NCBI GenBank assembly: GCA_038213805.1 | Contig: JBBQSO010000011.1 | Coordinates: forward strand, 1-64,000 | Origin: Planctomycetota bacterium | GTDB taxonomy: Bacteria; Planctomycetota; UBA11346 | Length of the DNA stretch: 64,000 nt | Reading direction: 5' to 3' | Part shown: in pieces, positions 30,526-42,395 of the stretch | How positions within the stretch are numbered: the first letter of the stretch is position 1 | Layout of the letters: each line of letters begins with the position of its first letter | Position numbers and translations under genes: made by a program | Notes under the pieces: model-generated | What the model was told of the DNA's origin: nothing | Seen by the model: only the letters and a program-made list of their open reading frames with translations | Databases searched by the model: none

Positions 30526-32703
30526 TCACCGCATCTCCATGATCAGCACCACCTCGCCATCGACCACCAGCGTGAGGTCGCCCGGCAGCGCCAGGCAGGC
30601 GTGCCGGTGCTCGCGCTGCAGGCGGGCGAGCAGCGCGGTGAATTCCGGGGTGCCGCGCAGGATGGTGCGGGTGGGCGCGGCGGCGCCGGCGCGTCCGTCG
30701 ACCCAGCCGCCGGCGCGGCGGTAGAAGGCGAGGTCGCCGACCTGCTGGATGGCGTCGCAATCGACCACCTTGTCGGTGGCGGCGTCGTAGAGGCCGTTGC
30801 GGACGTTGACGCAGGCCGCCTCGCGCATCGCTTTGGCGTTGACGCTCTGGCCCACCGACCCGGCGCTGGCGCGGTCCTCCAGGGCTTCCTTGCGGAACAC
30901 CGGCGCGGCCGCGGCGCTGGCGGCCGGGGCGGCGAGCGGACCGCTCTCGCGGGCGAGGAATGCGGTGTAAGGGGTGAGGATGCCATAGCGCGTCGACAGA
31001 CGCACGACCTCGTCGCTGAGTTCCTTCAGGCTCTCGCCGCCATGGCCGCCGTCGGCGCCGAGCGCGCGGATGGCGTCGATCAGCACGGCGATGCGGCGGC
31101 TCGCCCATAGGCGCGGCACGAAGGCGTTGGCGGCGCTGGCCTTTGCGAGGGAGAACGTGAAGCGCAGCTGGCGCGGCGCACCGGCGTGCGTGCCGGAAAG
31201 GGTCAGCGTCAGCGGCGCGTTGCCGACGTAGCGGCCGAGCACCACCAGCTGGTCGCCGGCGAACAGATCGGGCAGCGGTCCGGGCAGGATGTCGCTGATC
31301 CGGCCGCTGACCGGGCCGCCTTGGGCATCGGTGGCGATCAGCTGCGGGCTGGTCAGGTCCGGCACGCCCAGTCTGCCAAATACCGTCGCCGCTGCGATCT
31401 CGACGTCGCTGCCGCTCGGTGCATAGGTGGGCACGGCGCGGCTGGCCAGCGCCAGGGCGTCGAGCAGCGGCGCGTTGACGTCGCCGCCCACGCCCAGGGT
31501 GAAGATGCGGCGATGGCTGGCATCGCCGCTGACCAGCGCGCGGATGGCGCGCTCGCTGGTCTGACCGATGGTCGGGCGGCCGTCGGTCAGGAACAGCACC
31601 AGCGGCAGCGTCCCGGGCAGCGGCGCCGGCAGGAGCGCAGCCTCCAGCGCAGCGTGGATGTTGGTGCCGCCCTGCGCCAGCAGGCTGGCGATCCAGGCGC
31701 GCGCGGCGCGTTCGCTGTCAGGGCTCTTGGCCACCGGTGCAGGCGCGAACAGGTCGACGCCCTCGTTGTAGGCGATCAGGTTGAAACGGTCGCCGCTGCC
31801 CAGGCCGGCGACGATCTGGTTGGCGGCGGCACGCACCTGGGCGATCTTCTCGCCATTCATGCTGCCCGAGCGGTCGATGACCAGGGTCAGCTCGCGCGGC
31901 ATCGGCGCGCCGCCGGCGCTGCGCGGGATGCCGGCGAGGAGCAGGAAGGTGCCGCGGTCCGGCGCCTCGGGACCGTCCGGGCAGGCGAGCAGCGAGGCGG
32001 TGACCTGGTCGCCGCCAAGCAGGTAGCTGAAGCGGAAGCTGCCCGGCGCCGTGGTCGCGATGGTGAAGGTGCGCGTGTTGGGCAGGGAATAGGGGGCCGC
32101 CGTCAAGGCATGGCTCGGTGACCACACCGTGGCGATCGGCGCGCTGGCGCGCAGCACGCCGTGGATGGTCCATGGCACGCAGTAGCCGAGCGCCTCGCTG
32201 CGCGGCAGCACATAGTCGATGCGGTGGCCGTCCGCCGCCAGCACCTGCTCAAGGTCGAGGCTGACGCGCTGGCGCCCATGCGCGGCCACCGGGAAGATGC
32301 TGGAGCGCACCAGCGCGGTGCCGGCGAACTCGAGCAGCGCCGGATCGCGCAGCCGCGCGACGATGCCGGCGTAGATGCCGTCCGCCTCGGCCACCGGCAG
32401 GACCTCGGCGCTGCCCAGGCCGGCGGCGGCGAAGCCGCGCACCAGCGCGCCCTCGGGCACCGGCAGCAGCAGGCGCGCCTCCTGCGGCTGGTCGGCGTCG
32501 TTGACCAGGTCGATGACCAGCCGCGTGGTCGCGACCTGTTCCTCGACGGTGATGTCGGCGGCCACCGCGCTGACCCGCACCGCCTGCCCGGCGAACGGCC
32601 GCGCCCCCGGGATGACGGGCTGCCACTCCACCGCCGCCGCGTGCAGCGTCGCGGTGGCCAGGCAGCACAGAACGGCGAGGGCGGTCAGGCGGAAGATGGG
32701 CAT
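30526..32703 (-). CDS. Exported VIT + von Willebrand A domain protein
   Basis: Signal peptide, VIT region (RDPALLE), MIDAS DRSGSM, GGTNI, FLTDG, ILTPYTAFL. Confidence 0.9.
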   Translation of the reverse strand: MPIFRLTALAVLCCLATATLHAAAVEWQPVIPGARPFAGQAVRVSAVAADITVEEQVATTRLVIDLVNDADQPQEARLLLPVPEGALVRGFAAAGLGSAEVLPVAEADGIYAGIVARLRDPALLEFAGTALVRSSIFPVAAHGRQRVSLDLEQVLAADGHRIDYVLPRSEALGYCVPWTIHGVLRASAPIATVWSPSHALTAAPYSLPNTRTFTIATTAPGSFRFSYLLGGDQVTASLLACPDGPEAPDRGTFLLLAGIPRSAGGAPMPRELTLVIDRSGSMNGEKIAQVRAAANQIVAGLGSGDRFNLIAYNEGVDLFAPAPVAKSPDSERAARAWIASLLAQGGTNIHAALEAALLPAPLPGTLPLVLFLTDGRPTIGQTSERAIRALVSGDASHRRIFTLGVGGDVNAPLLDALALASRAVPTYAPSGSDVEIAAATVFGRLGVPDLTSPQLIATDAQGGPVSGRISDILPGPLPDLFAGDQLVVLGRYVGNAPLTLTLSGTHAGAPRQLRFTFSLAKASAANAFVPRLWASRRIAVLIDAIRALGADGGHGGESLKELSDEVVRLSTRYGILTPYTAFLARESGPLAAPAASAAAAPVFRKEALEDRASAGSVGQSVNAKAMREAACVNVRNGLYDAATDKVVDCDAIQQVGDLAFYRRAGGWVDGRAGAAAPTRTILRGTPEFTALLARLQREHRHACLALPGDLTLVVDGEVVLIMEMR

Positions 32704-32751
32704 GGCGGCCTCCGAGTATGCCTGAAGGTGCCATGCGCGGCCAGCGGCTGT

Positions 32752-32767
32752 GTAACGCCTCGGTAAC
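32752..32767 (-). promoter_or_regulatory. Candidate OmpR-family binding site (GTTAC-N6-GTTAC)
   Basis: Direct repeat with 11-bp period, 49-64 bp upstream of the vWA-RR-HK operon start. Confidence 0.5.
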
Positions 32768-32800
32768 TCCTGCGCCGGCCTGCCGGCCAGGGCGGTGCGC

Positions 32801-32846
32801 CGGTGCTAACCGACTTCCGGACTTCCGGACTTCCGGACTTCCGGAC
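32801..32846. repeat. 46-bp dispersed element, copy 2: CGGTGCTAACC head + (GACTTCCG)x4 + GAC
   Basis: 45/46 identical to 37-82; overlaps the 3' end of the MazG-like gene. Confidence 0.95.
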
Positions 32847-33210
32847 CCTCCGCCTCATCGTACTTGCGATTCGATCCCTTGAACACCGCCACCGGGTACT
32901 TGGTGCGCGCCTTCTGCAGCTTGCGCGCGAAGGCGGTGGTCAGGTCGACGCCGCTGCGGTCGGCGAGACGGATGAGCAGGGTGAAGACATCAGCGAGCTC
33001 GTCAGCCCAGTCCTCCTCCTTGCCGGGCGGCACGGGCGGCTGGGTGTCGCCCTGCCAGCGCACGATCTCCGCGGCCTCGCCGACCTCGCCCATCAGCGCG
33101 AGCAGCAGGTTGCGTGGCGAGTGGAATTGCGCCCAGTCGCGTTCATCGGCAAAGGCGGCCACCTCGCGGCGGATGTCCTCGAGGTTGCGGTCGGCGAATG
33201 GCATGCACAT
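32806..33210 (-). CDS. MazG-like nucleotide pyrophosphohydrolase (dCTP pyrophosphatase family)
   Basis: ERDWAQFHSPRNLLLALMGEVGE, DELADV, KYP. Confidence 0.9.
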   Translation of the reverse strand: MCMPFADRNLEDIRREVAAFADERDWAQFHSPRNLLLALMGEVGEAAEIVRWQGDTQPPVPPGKEEDWADELADVFTLLIRLADRSGVDLTTAFARKLQKARTKYPVAVFKGSNRKYDEAEGPEVRKSGSPEVG

Positions 33211-33288
33211 CTCGCGGGTGGAGCCGCGAGCATGTGCGGCGCCGCGGACGCGGGAAGCGGCGAGCGCCGCGCTGCCGTGTAACGCCGC

Positions 33289-33870
33289 TCACGGCTTCGC
33301 GGGCGGCGCCTTGGTCAGCAGGCTGGTGCGTAGCCGCGCGTCGATGTTCTTTTCCCCGACCCAGATCGAGAACAGCGCCTGCGCGAAATCCGCGCCCGGC
33401 ACGGTGCCGAGCACCGTGCCGTTGCGGCTCAGTTCGGTCCCGGTCTTGGGCACATAGGTCAGCGCGTAGCGGTCGCCCGCCTTGATGTCGACATAGAGTT
33501 TATTGAGAGCATCGACCTGTGGCCGGATCGCCGCCAGGGTCGCGGCACTGATGTTGTCGCCGATGGTGGCGTTGGTCGCCTTCACGAAATCGCCGGCGTC
33601 GATGGCGTAGAAGTAGTGCAGCTCGAGTCGCTTCGGGACGTCCTTCAGGACATCCGCCACCGCGCCGCCGGGGGCCAGGTAGAGCGCGGAGCAGTAGGCG
33701 GTGAAGAACGCCCGGTAGATGAGGTGTCCGACGCCATGCAGCGCGAAGGGCTGGCCGTCGGCGGTCAGCGTGTCAGCGAAGTCCTGGCCGTCGATCTGGG
33801 CCGCGCTGCCAATGTTGGGAGTGGCGCACAGCAGGGCGGAGAACGCGGCGACGGTAAGCAGGCGGGGCAT
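33289..33870 (-). CDS. Exported chalcone-isomerase-fold protein
   Basis: Signal peptide; LHGVG..Y..F.AY.SALYL, GADFAQALFSIWVGE. Confidence 0.85.
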   Translation of the reverse strand: MPRLLTVAAFSALLCATPNIGSAAQIDGQDFADTLTADGQPFALHGVGHLIYRAFFTAYCSALYLAPGGAVADVLKDVPKRLELHYFYAIDAGDFVKATNATIGDNISAATLAAIRPQVDALNKLYVDIKAGDRYALTYVPKTGTELSRNGTVLGTVPGADFAQALFSIWVGEKNIDARLRTSLLTKAPPAKP

Positions 33871-33962
33871 GGCGGGTCCTGTCGGCTTGGATGATCTGGG
33901 CTTCACGAGCATACGACGGAAAGCGGACAGCGGATCTGGATGTCCGCGCGCCCGGCCGGCGC

Positions 33963-34529
33963 CTATTTGGCGTCCAGCACCCGCATCACCATGCCGGTCA
34001 CCGGCTCGACGTACCGCGACATCGGCCCGGGCAGGCGGCCGTAGAGCACGAAGATGGCCGTCTCGAGGAACAGTCCGATGACCGCGGCGGCGAGCAGCGC
34101 CGGCTCGCCGGTGATGCGGCCGAGTGCGATCTGCTGGGCGAAGATCTCGGTGATGACGTCCTGCGGCATGCGCAGGTCGGTGGGCAGGCTCTTGGCGAGT
34201 TCGTGCTGCACCAGCAGCACGAAGCGGAACACCAGCGGCTGCTCGTCGTAGAGCAGGTAGCAGGCCGCGCAGCCCGCCTGCATCTTTGCGCCCAGCTCGT
34301 CCTGGCTGGCAAGTGCCGTCTCGATGCGCGCGCGCACCTCGGTGAGGTGCTCGATATAGAGCGCGGCGACCAGCGCCTCTTTATTCGCCCAATGGCGGTA
34401 GAGCGCAGCCTCGGAACAGCCCGCGTGCTTGGCGATGTCGCGGATGCCGGTGCCGTGCACACCCTGCTCGACAAACAGCTCCAGGGCTGCGATTTTGAGG
34501 GGCTCGCGTGCTTTCGGTGGCCGTGCCAT
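33963..34529 (-). CDS. TetR/AcrR-family transcriptional regulator
   Basis: AALELFVEQG..GTGIRDIAKHAGCSEAALYRHWANKEAL. Confidence 0.93.
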   Translation of the reverse strand: MARPPKAREPLKIAALELFVEQGVHGTGIRDIAKHAGCSEAALYRHWANKEALVAALYIEHLTEVRARIETALASQDELGAKMQAGCAACYLLYDEQPLVFRFVLLVQHELAKSLPTDLRMPQDVITEIFAQQIALGRITGEPALLAAAVIGLFLETAIFVLYGRLPGPMSRYVEPVTGMVMRVLDAK

Positions 34530-34665
34530 GGCTGGCAGTATGTCATGGAGCGCTGCACCACAAGAACATGCATCCAGCGTCTCCGTGTGGCGACGGTCTG
34601 TGGGCAGCGTTGTTCCCTGACATTGGGGACTTGCCGGGGTCAGGCGGAACGGATGATGCACTTCT

Positions 34666-35943
34666 GTGGACCCCGCCGCCCTGTCTGAAACCGCGCCAAC
34701 CCAGCGCCCACCGGGGCGCTTGGCCACCACCTTCGACATCTTTGCCTGGTACGACGAGGTGCGGGCCTGCGGCCGGCCGGTCGCCTGGTGTTCGGCATTC
34801 GCCCCGGCAGAGGCCTTGCTCGCGGTCGGCGTGATGCCGGTCTATCCGGAGAACCATGCCGCCATGCTTGGCGCCCTGTCCGAGCAGCGCGACGCGGCGG
34901 CGCCGTATGCGCGGGCCGCAATCGCTGCGGCAGAGGGGGCCGGCCTGGCGGCGCCGCGCCTGTGCAGCTACGCCCTGGCCGACCTCGGCACCCTGCACGG
35001 CGCACCTTCGCCGATCGGCGGCCTGCCGGCGCCCGACCTGTTCTACGCCTGCGACAGCCAGTGTGCGGTGGTGGCGCGCTGGGGCGATGAAGTGCAGCGC
35101 TTCTTCGCCGACCCACAGCGGGCCGCGCCGCGCACCCTGCCGCACTACGTTCTGCACGCCCCGCCGCTGACCCGCGCCGAGCGCCACACGCCGGCTGAAC
35201 TCGCCGGCTTCGCCGCGCAGCTCGAAACACATCTGCAGGATATCGCCGCGCGCTTCGGCACACGCGTCGACCACGACCGCCTGGCCGCGGTGGTGGCGGA
35301 ATCGGCGGCGGCGAACCGCCTGTGGCAGCGCTGCCTGGAACTCGGCCGGCGCCGGCCGGCGCCGTGGACCAGCTTCGACGCCTTCACCGCCATGGCGCCG
35401 ATCGTCATCGCGCGCGGCACGCCACGCTGCACCGACTTCTACCGCCGTCTGCTCGCCGAACTCGAGGCGCGCGTCGCCGCCGGCGTGGCCGCAGTGCCGG
35501 GCGAGCGCGTGCGCCTGCTGTGGGACGCCATCCCGATCTGGCCGCGCAAGAATTGGCTGGCCAAGGCGTGCGCGGCGCGCGGCGTGGCGGTGGTGGCGAG
35601 CACCTACACGCATTCCTGGTGGTTCGAGTTTGAGCCCGCGCAGCCGTTCGCATCCGTGGTCGAACGCTACGCGTGGAACACCATGAACCGCTCCGGCGCC
35701 TGGGTGCTCGACTGGACGCTGGGCCTGGTGCGCGACTACGCGGCGGATGGCATCCTCGCGCACTGGAATCGCAGCTGTGGGATCTGGAACAGCTACGTGA
35801 AACGCCGCCTGCCGGGGTTCGCGGCGGCCGGGGTTCCGACCCTGGTTATCGCGGCGGACATGGTGGATGCGCGGGCGTTCGACGCAGACCAGGTCGAGCG
35901 CGATCTGGATGCGTTCCTCGCAGGACTGCGCCCCGGGATCTGA
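34666..35943 (+). CDS. 2-hydroxyacyl-CoA dehydratase subunit (HgdA/FldB, benzoyl-CoA reductase-like Fe-S family)
   Basis: PVYPENH, LCSYA, SQC, RLLWDAIPIW, DGIL.H.NRSC, ADMVDAR. Confidence 0.85.
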   Translation: MDPAALSETAPTQRPPGRLATTFDIFAWYDEVRACGRPVAWCSAFAPAEALLAVGVMPVYPENHAAMLGALSEQRDAAAPYARAAIAAAEGAGLAAPRLCSYALADLGTLHGAPSPIGGLPAPDLFYACDSQCAVVARWGDEVQRFFADPQRAAPRTLPHYVLHAPPLTRAERHTPAELAGFAAQLETHLQDIAARFGTRVDHDRLAAVVAESAAANRLWQRCLELGRRRPAPWTSFDAFTAMAPIVIARGTPRCTDFYRRLLAELEARVAAGVAAVPGERVRLLWDAIPIWPRKNWLAKACAARGVAVVASTYTHSWWFEFEPAQPFASVVERYAWNTMNRSGAWVLDWTLGLVRDYAADGILAHWNRSCGIWNSYVKRRLPGFAAAGVPTLVIAADMVDARAFDADQVERDLDAFLAGLRPGI

Positions 35944-35999
35944 CCGGCTGGGCGTTTCCGCCCTTGGCAAGGCGGGTGCCGCCTCCTACGGTCCACCCC

Positions 36000-37489
<1,490 letters not shown>

Positions 37490-37493
<4 letters not shown>

Positions 37494-38305
37494 GGGGCGC
37501 GCTGCTGCCCATCCTGATGGTCGCCAGTACCGGCCATGGCGCGCTCGCCGCTGCGGAGGGCAGACTGGAGGACGCGCGCGAGCAGGTGCGCACAGCGCAT
37601 CCATCCTCGTCCTCGTCGCCACCTTCTGGCGGCGCTGGGCGCCGCGAATCTTCGACGGGATCGTCCGCTGATTCCATCGAGGTCGATGACGCCTTCGTGG
37701 GCGTCTGCGCCTATGCCCTGCTCTCGCCCTTCGTTGTGCCCAACGCGCTGATGGAAGATCAGGACTTCGCATTCCCCCCCTTGGCGCCACGCCCCTACGC
37801 CGCCCCTCCGGCCGCGGGCGGCTGGTGGACGCTGCGCCTGGGCGCGGAGTACGCCTACGAGCAGGATCAGCTGCACCGCTTCAGCGCCAGCACCGTGGTG
37901 GAGACGCGCTCCCGGCTGGGTCTGAGCGCCGGCTGGGACCGCTATGAGCAACGCGGCAGCGCCCACGACCGGATCGACCTCGGCGACGCCGAGGTGACGC
38001 TACGCTTCGCCCAATGCGCCTGGGGGCACATGCACCTGGGCCTTGGCGTGCGCTGGCTGAGCGATCGCGTCGGCACCGAGGTGGGCTTCAACGCCACGTA
38101 CGGCGGCGAGTTCTTCCCCGTCCAACCGTGGACGGCGGCCTTCCAGCTCGAGCTCGGCCGGCTGGGCGAGGCCACGGTGTTCCGCGCGCGCGCCAGCATC
38201 GGCGCCCAGGTCCTGGGCCTGCAGCCGTACATCGGCTACGGATTCCTGGCCCTCGGCAGCGTGGACTTCCACGGTCCGCTCGCAGGACTCACGATTTCAT
38301 TCTGA
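37490..38305 (+). CDS. Hypothetical outer-membrane beta-barrel protein
   Basis: Signal peptide, amphipathic beta strands, terminal Phe (LTISF); GTGA overlap with the ATPase stop. Confidence 0.65.
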
Positions 38306-38370
38306 CGGCCAACGGCGCAGTCATGAGGGTTGGGCGGGAGGCGTGGTAGCCATCCGCCGTCAGACCCATC

Positions 38371-39627
38371 TCACATCTTCGGCTTGCCCTGGAACCCCAG
38401 GTTGTCGATCACCAGTTCACCATCGGTGTGGCCGTTGTAGATGATGATCTGCAGCTGGCGCACGTCGTTCAGGTCGGCGATGCGCCCGGTGTTGGCCCAG
38501 CTGCTGGCGATGCTCTTGAAGTTCGAGCCCTTGAGGTCGACGCGCACCTGCTGGAACTCGTCGCCGGGCTGGATGGTCTTCTGCGGGCTCTCGTGGAAGA
38601 GGTAGCGGTCGCCGGTCTTCAGCGCGACCGAGATGTTCACCGGCTTGTCGCTGGTGTTCTTGATCTGGAAGGCGAGCACCGAGTTGTCGAGCACCGAGGT
38701 GGTCATGCCGCGCATCACCGCGGATTTGTCCTTGTCGCCGCCCTTGAAGCCGACGCGTAGCGCCTTGCTCGGGCCATCCGGGGTCTCGATCTGCACGGTC
38801 TGGACCTCGACCGGGTTCGACCACTGGATGGCCTCGGTGTCCCAGCCGCGCGCCTCAAGGCCATCGACTACCGGTCCACCCGGGCGGGTGACCGCGGCGG
38901 TGGGCGCCGCTGCGGATGCGGCCAGCGCGGGCACGGGCGCAGTGGGCGAGGTCGCGTCGGGGCCCTTGGCGTCGGTGACCGGGCCGCCGAACTGCGTCTC
39001 GTAATCGGCTTTGCTCTTTTCAAGCTCGGCGAGGCGCTCCAGGGTCGCGGGATCCTTGCCCCCGGCAGCGCGATAGGCTTGGTAGGCGGGCATGGCCTCG
39101 ACCGGACCCTGCTGTTCGTCGATCAAACGAGCGTAGAGCGCGCGTGCGGGCAGCCTGACGCCGGGCAGGGCCACAGCCAGGTGCAGCAGCTCCAAGGCCT
39201 CGGAGTTGCGGCCGGTGGCGCGGCACCACAGCGCCAGCTCGGTGAGACCGGCGAGATCGTCGTCCTGCACGCGTTTGCGGCGTGCGGGGTAGCCGAGGTC
39301 TTCGCCCGCCACTTGCGCCTTGGGCATGCGGATGATGCCGTTGCCGGTGTTGATTGCGACCTGATCGGGTCCGACGTCGGCAGTGGGGTCGATGAAGCCG
39401 GCGATGCGCTGGTGGTTGACCAGCAGCACGGTGTCCTGCGTCGCCGGGGCCGGCGCGGCCACTGCCGCCGGGGCCGGGGCCGGGGCGGGAGCCGGGACGG
39501 TGGCTTTTACCGGCGCGGCGGCAGCCGTGGCGGCGCCCACCGCAATCAGCACGACAAGGGTGCGCAGGCCCACCGGGAACACGGCGAAGAAGCGCGCGGG
39601 GGCAGATGATGTGCGGGGGGGCGGCAT
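38371..39627 (-). CDS. Exported protein with C-terminal carbohydrate-binding-like (CBM11-like) beta-sandwich
   Basis: Signal-like stretch, Ala/Pro linkers, TPR-like helices, C-terminal jelly-roll pattern ending LVIDNL; start uncertain. Confidence 0.6.
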   Translation of the reverse strand: MPPPRTSSAPARFFAVFPVGLRTLVVLIAVGAATAAAAPVKATVPAPAPAPAPAAVAAPAPATQDTVLLVNHQRIAGFIDPTADVGPDQVAINTGNGIIRMPKAQVAGEDLGYPARRKRVQDDDLAGLTELALWCRATGRNSEALELLHLAVALPGVRLPARALYARLIDEQQGPVEAMPAYQAYRAAGGKDPATLERLAELEKSKADYETQFGGPVTDAKGPDATSPTAPVPALAASAAAPTAAVTRPGGPVVDGLEARGWDTEAIQWSNPVEVQTVQIETPDGPSKALRVGFKGGDKDKSAVMRGMTTSVLDNSVLAFQIKNTSDKPVNISVALKTGDRYLFHESPQKTIQPGDEFQQVRVDLKGSNFKSIASSWANTGRIADLNDVRQLQIIIYNGHTDGELVIDNLGFQGKPKM

Positions 39628-39833
39628 GCGGTCGACGGCGCGCAGTATCCGCCGTGCACGGGACTCCGCAATCGGCGCCTCAGCGCGGATCGCGGCAGGT
39701 ATCAGACGCTGGCCCGCCTGGGCTGGGGGAGCGGGGGAGGTCCGGCTGTGCGCGTCTGGGTCCATGCCAGGGACATTGACGGTCGGAGAGCCGGCTGCTG
39801 TCATGGCGCTTCGCGCGGCCGCGGCGGACCGGC

Positions 39834-41609
<1,776 letters not shown>

Positions 41610-41682
41610 CGGGGCAGGATACCCCGTTCCTGCCTAAATGCCAAGGCCGGATGGGCTTGGCGGCGACATTCCGGAGCGGCGG

Positions 41683-42297
41683 CTAGAAGCGGTAGCCGAC
41701 CGCCAGGGTGGCGTTGATGCCATTGGACTTGAAGGAATCGCCGTTCGCCCCGCTCGCTCCGTGCAGGGTCATGCGGTTGGTCGCCCAACCCGCGGTGATG
41801 CCGAACTGGTAGTGCTCGTCAAAGGTGTGGAACCAGCCGATCTCGCCGAGGATGATGGTGGCGTCGCCGTCCTTGTGGAAGTCGGTGTGGCTGTCCTTGA
41901 AGGACATGTAGCCCTTGCCGTAGCCGACGACGACCTCGACGTGGTCCTCCTTGCCGGCGTAGATGCCGATGCCGCCGAGCAGTTCACCGCCATAGAGGTG
42001 GACCTTGCCGTCAGGCGAGCGCTCGAAGGGGATCAGCTCGCTGACGCCGCGGACGCCGATGACGATGCCCAGGCTGCTGTCGACGTCGATGACGTGCGCG
42101 CTCTTGTCGCCAATGTCACCTGCCATCAGCGTCAGCTCCGCCAGCCGCCCGCTGTTGGCAGCCACCCCGGCCTGGGCGCGCAGGTCGACGAATGCCAGCA
42201 GGGGTTGGTCTTCGGCGTGGAGCCCGGCGTCGGCCAGCCCGGCGATGAGGAGGGGGGTGACGCAGGCTAGGCGCAGGCGCAGGGGGCGGTTCGACAT
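41683..42297 (-). CDS. Small outer-membrane beta-barrel protein
   Basis: Signal peptide, alternating beta pattern, C-terminal VGYRF. Confidence 0.75.
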   Translation of the reverse strand: MSNRPLRLRLACVTPLLIAGLADAGLHAEDQPLLAFVDLRAQAGVAANSGRLAELTLMAGDIGDKSAHVIDVDSSLGIVIGVRGVSELIPFERSPDGKVHLYGGELLGGIGIYAGKEDHVEVVVGYGKGYMSFKDSHTDFHKDGDATIILGEIGWFHTFDEHYQFGITAGWATNRMTLHGASGANGDSFKSNGINATLAVGYRF

Positions 42298-42395
42298 GGG
42301 CGGCACGCTAGTGCTCCGCGGGGCGGTTCCAAGCGTCGGAGGCGTCAGGGTATGCGCACCGCGGCTTGACAGAGTGGCTGCACGTGGGCCATAGA

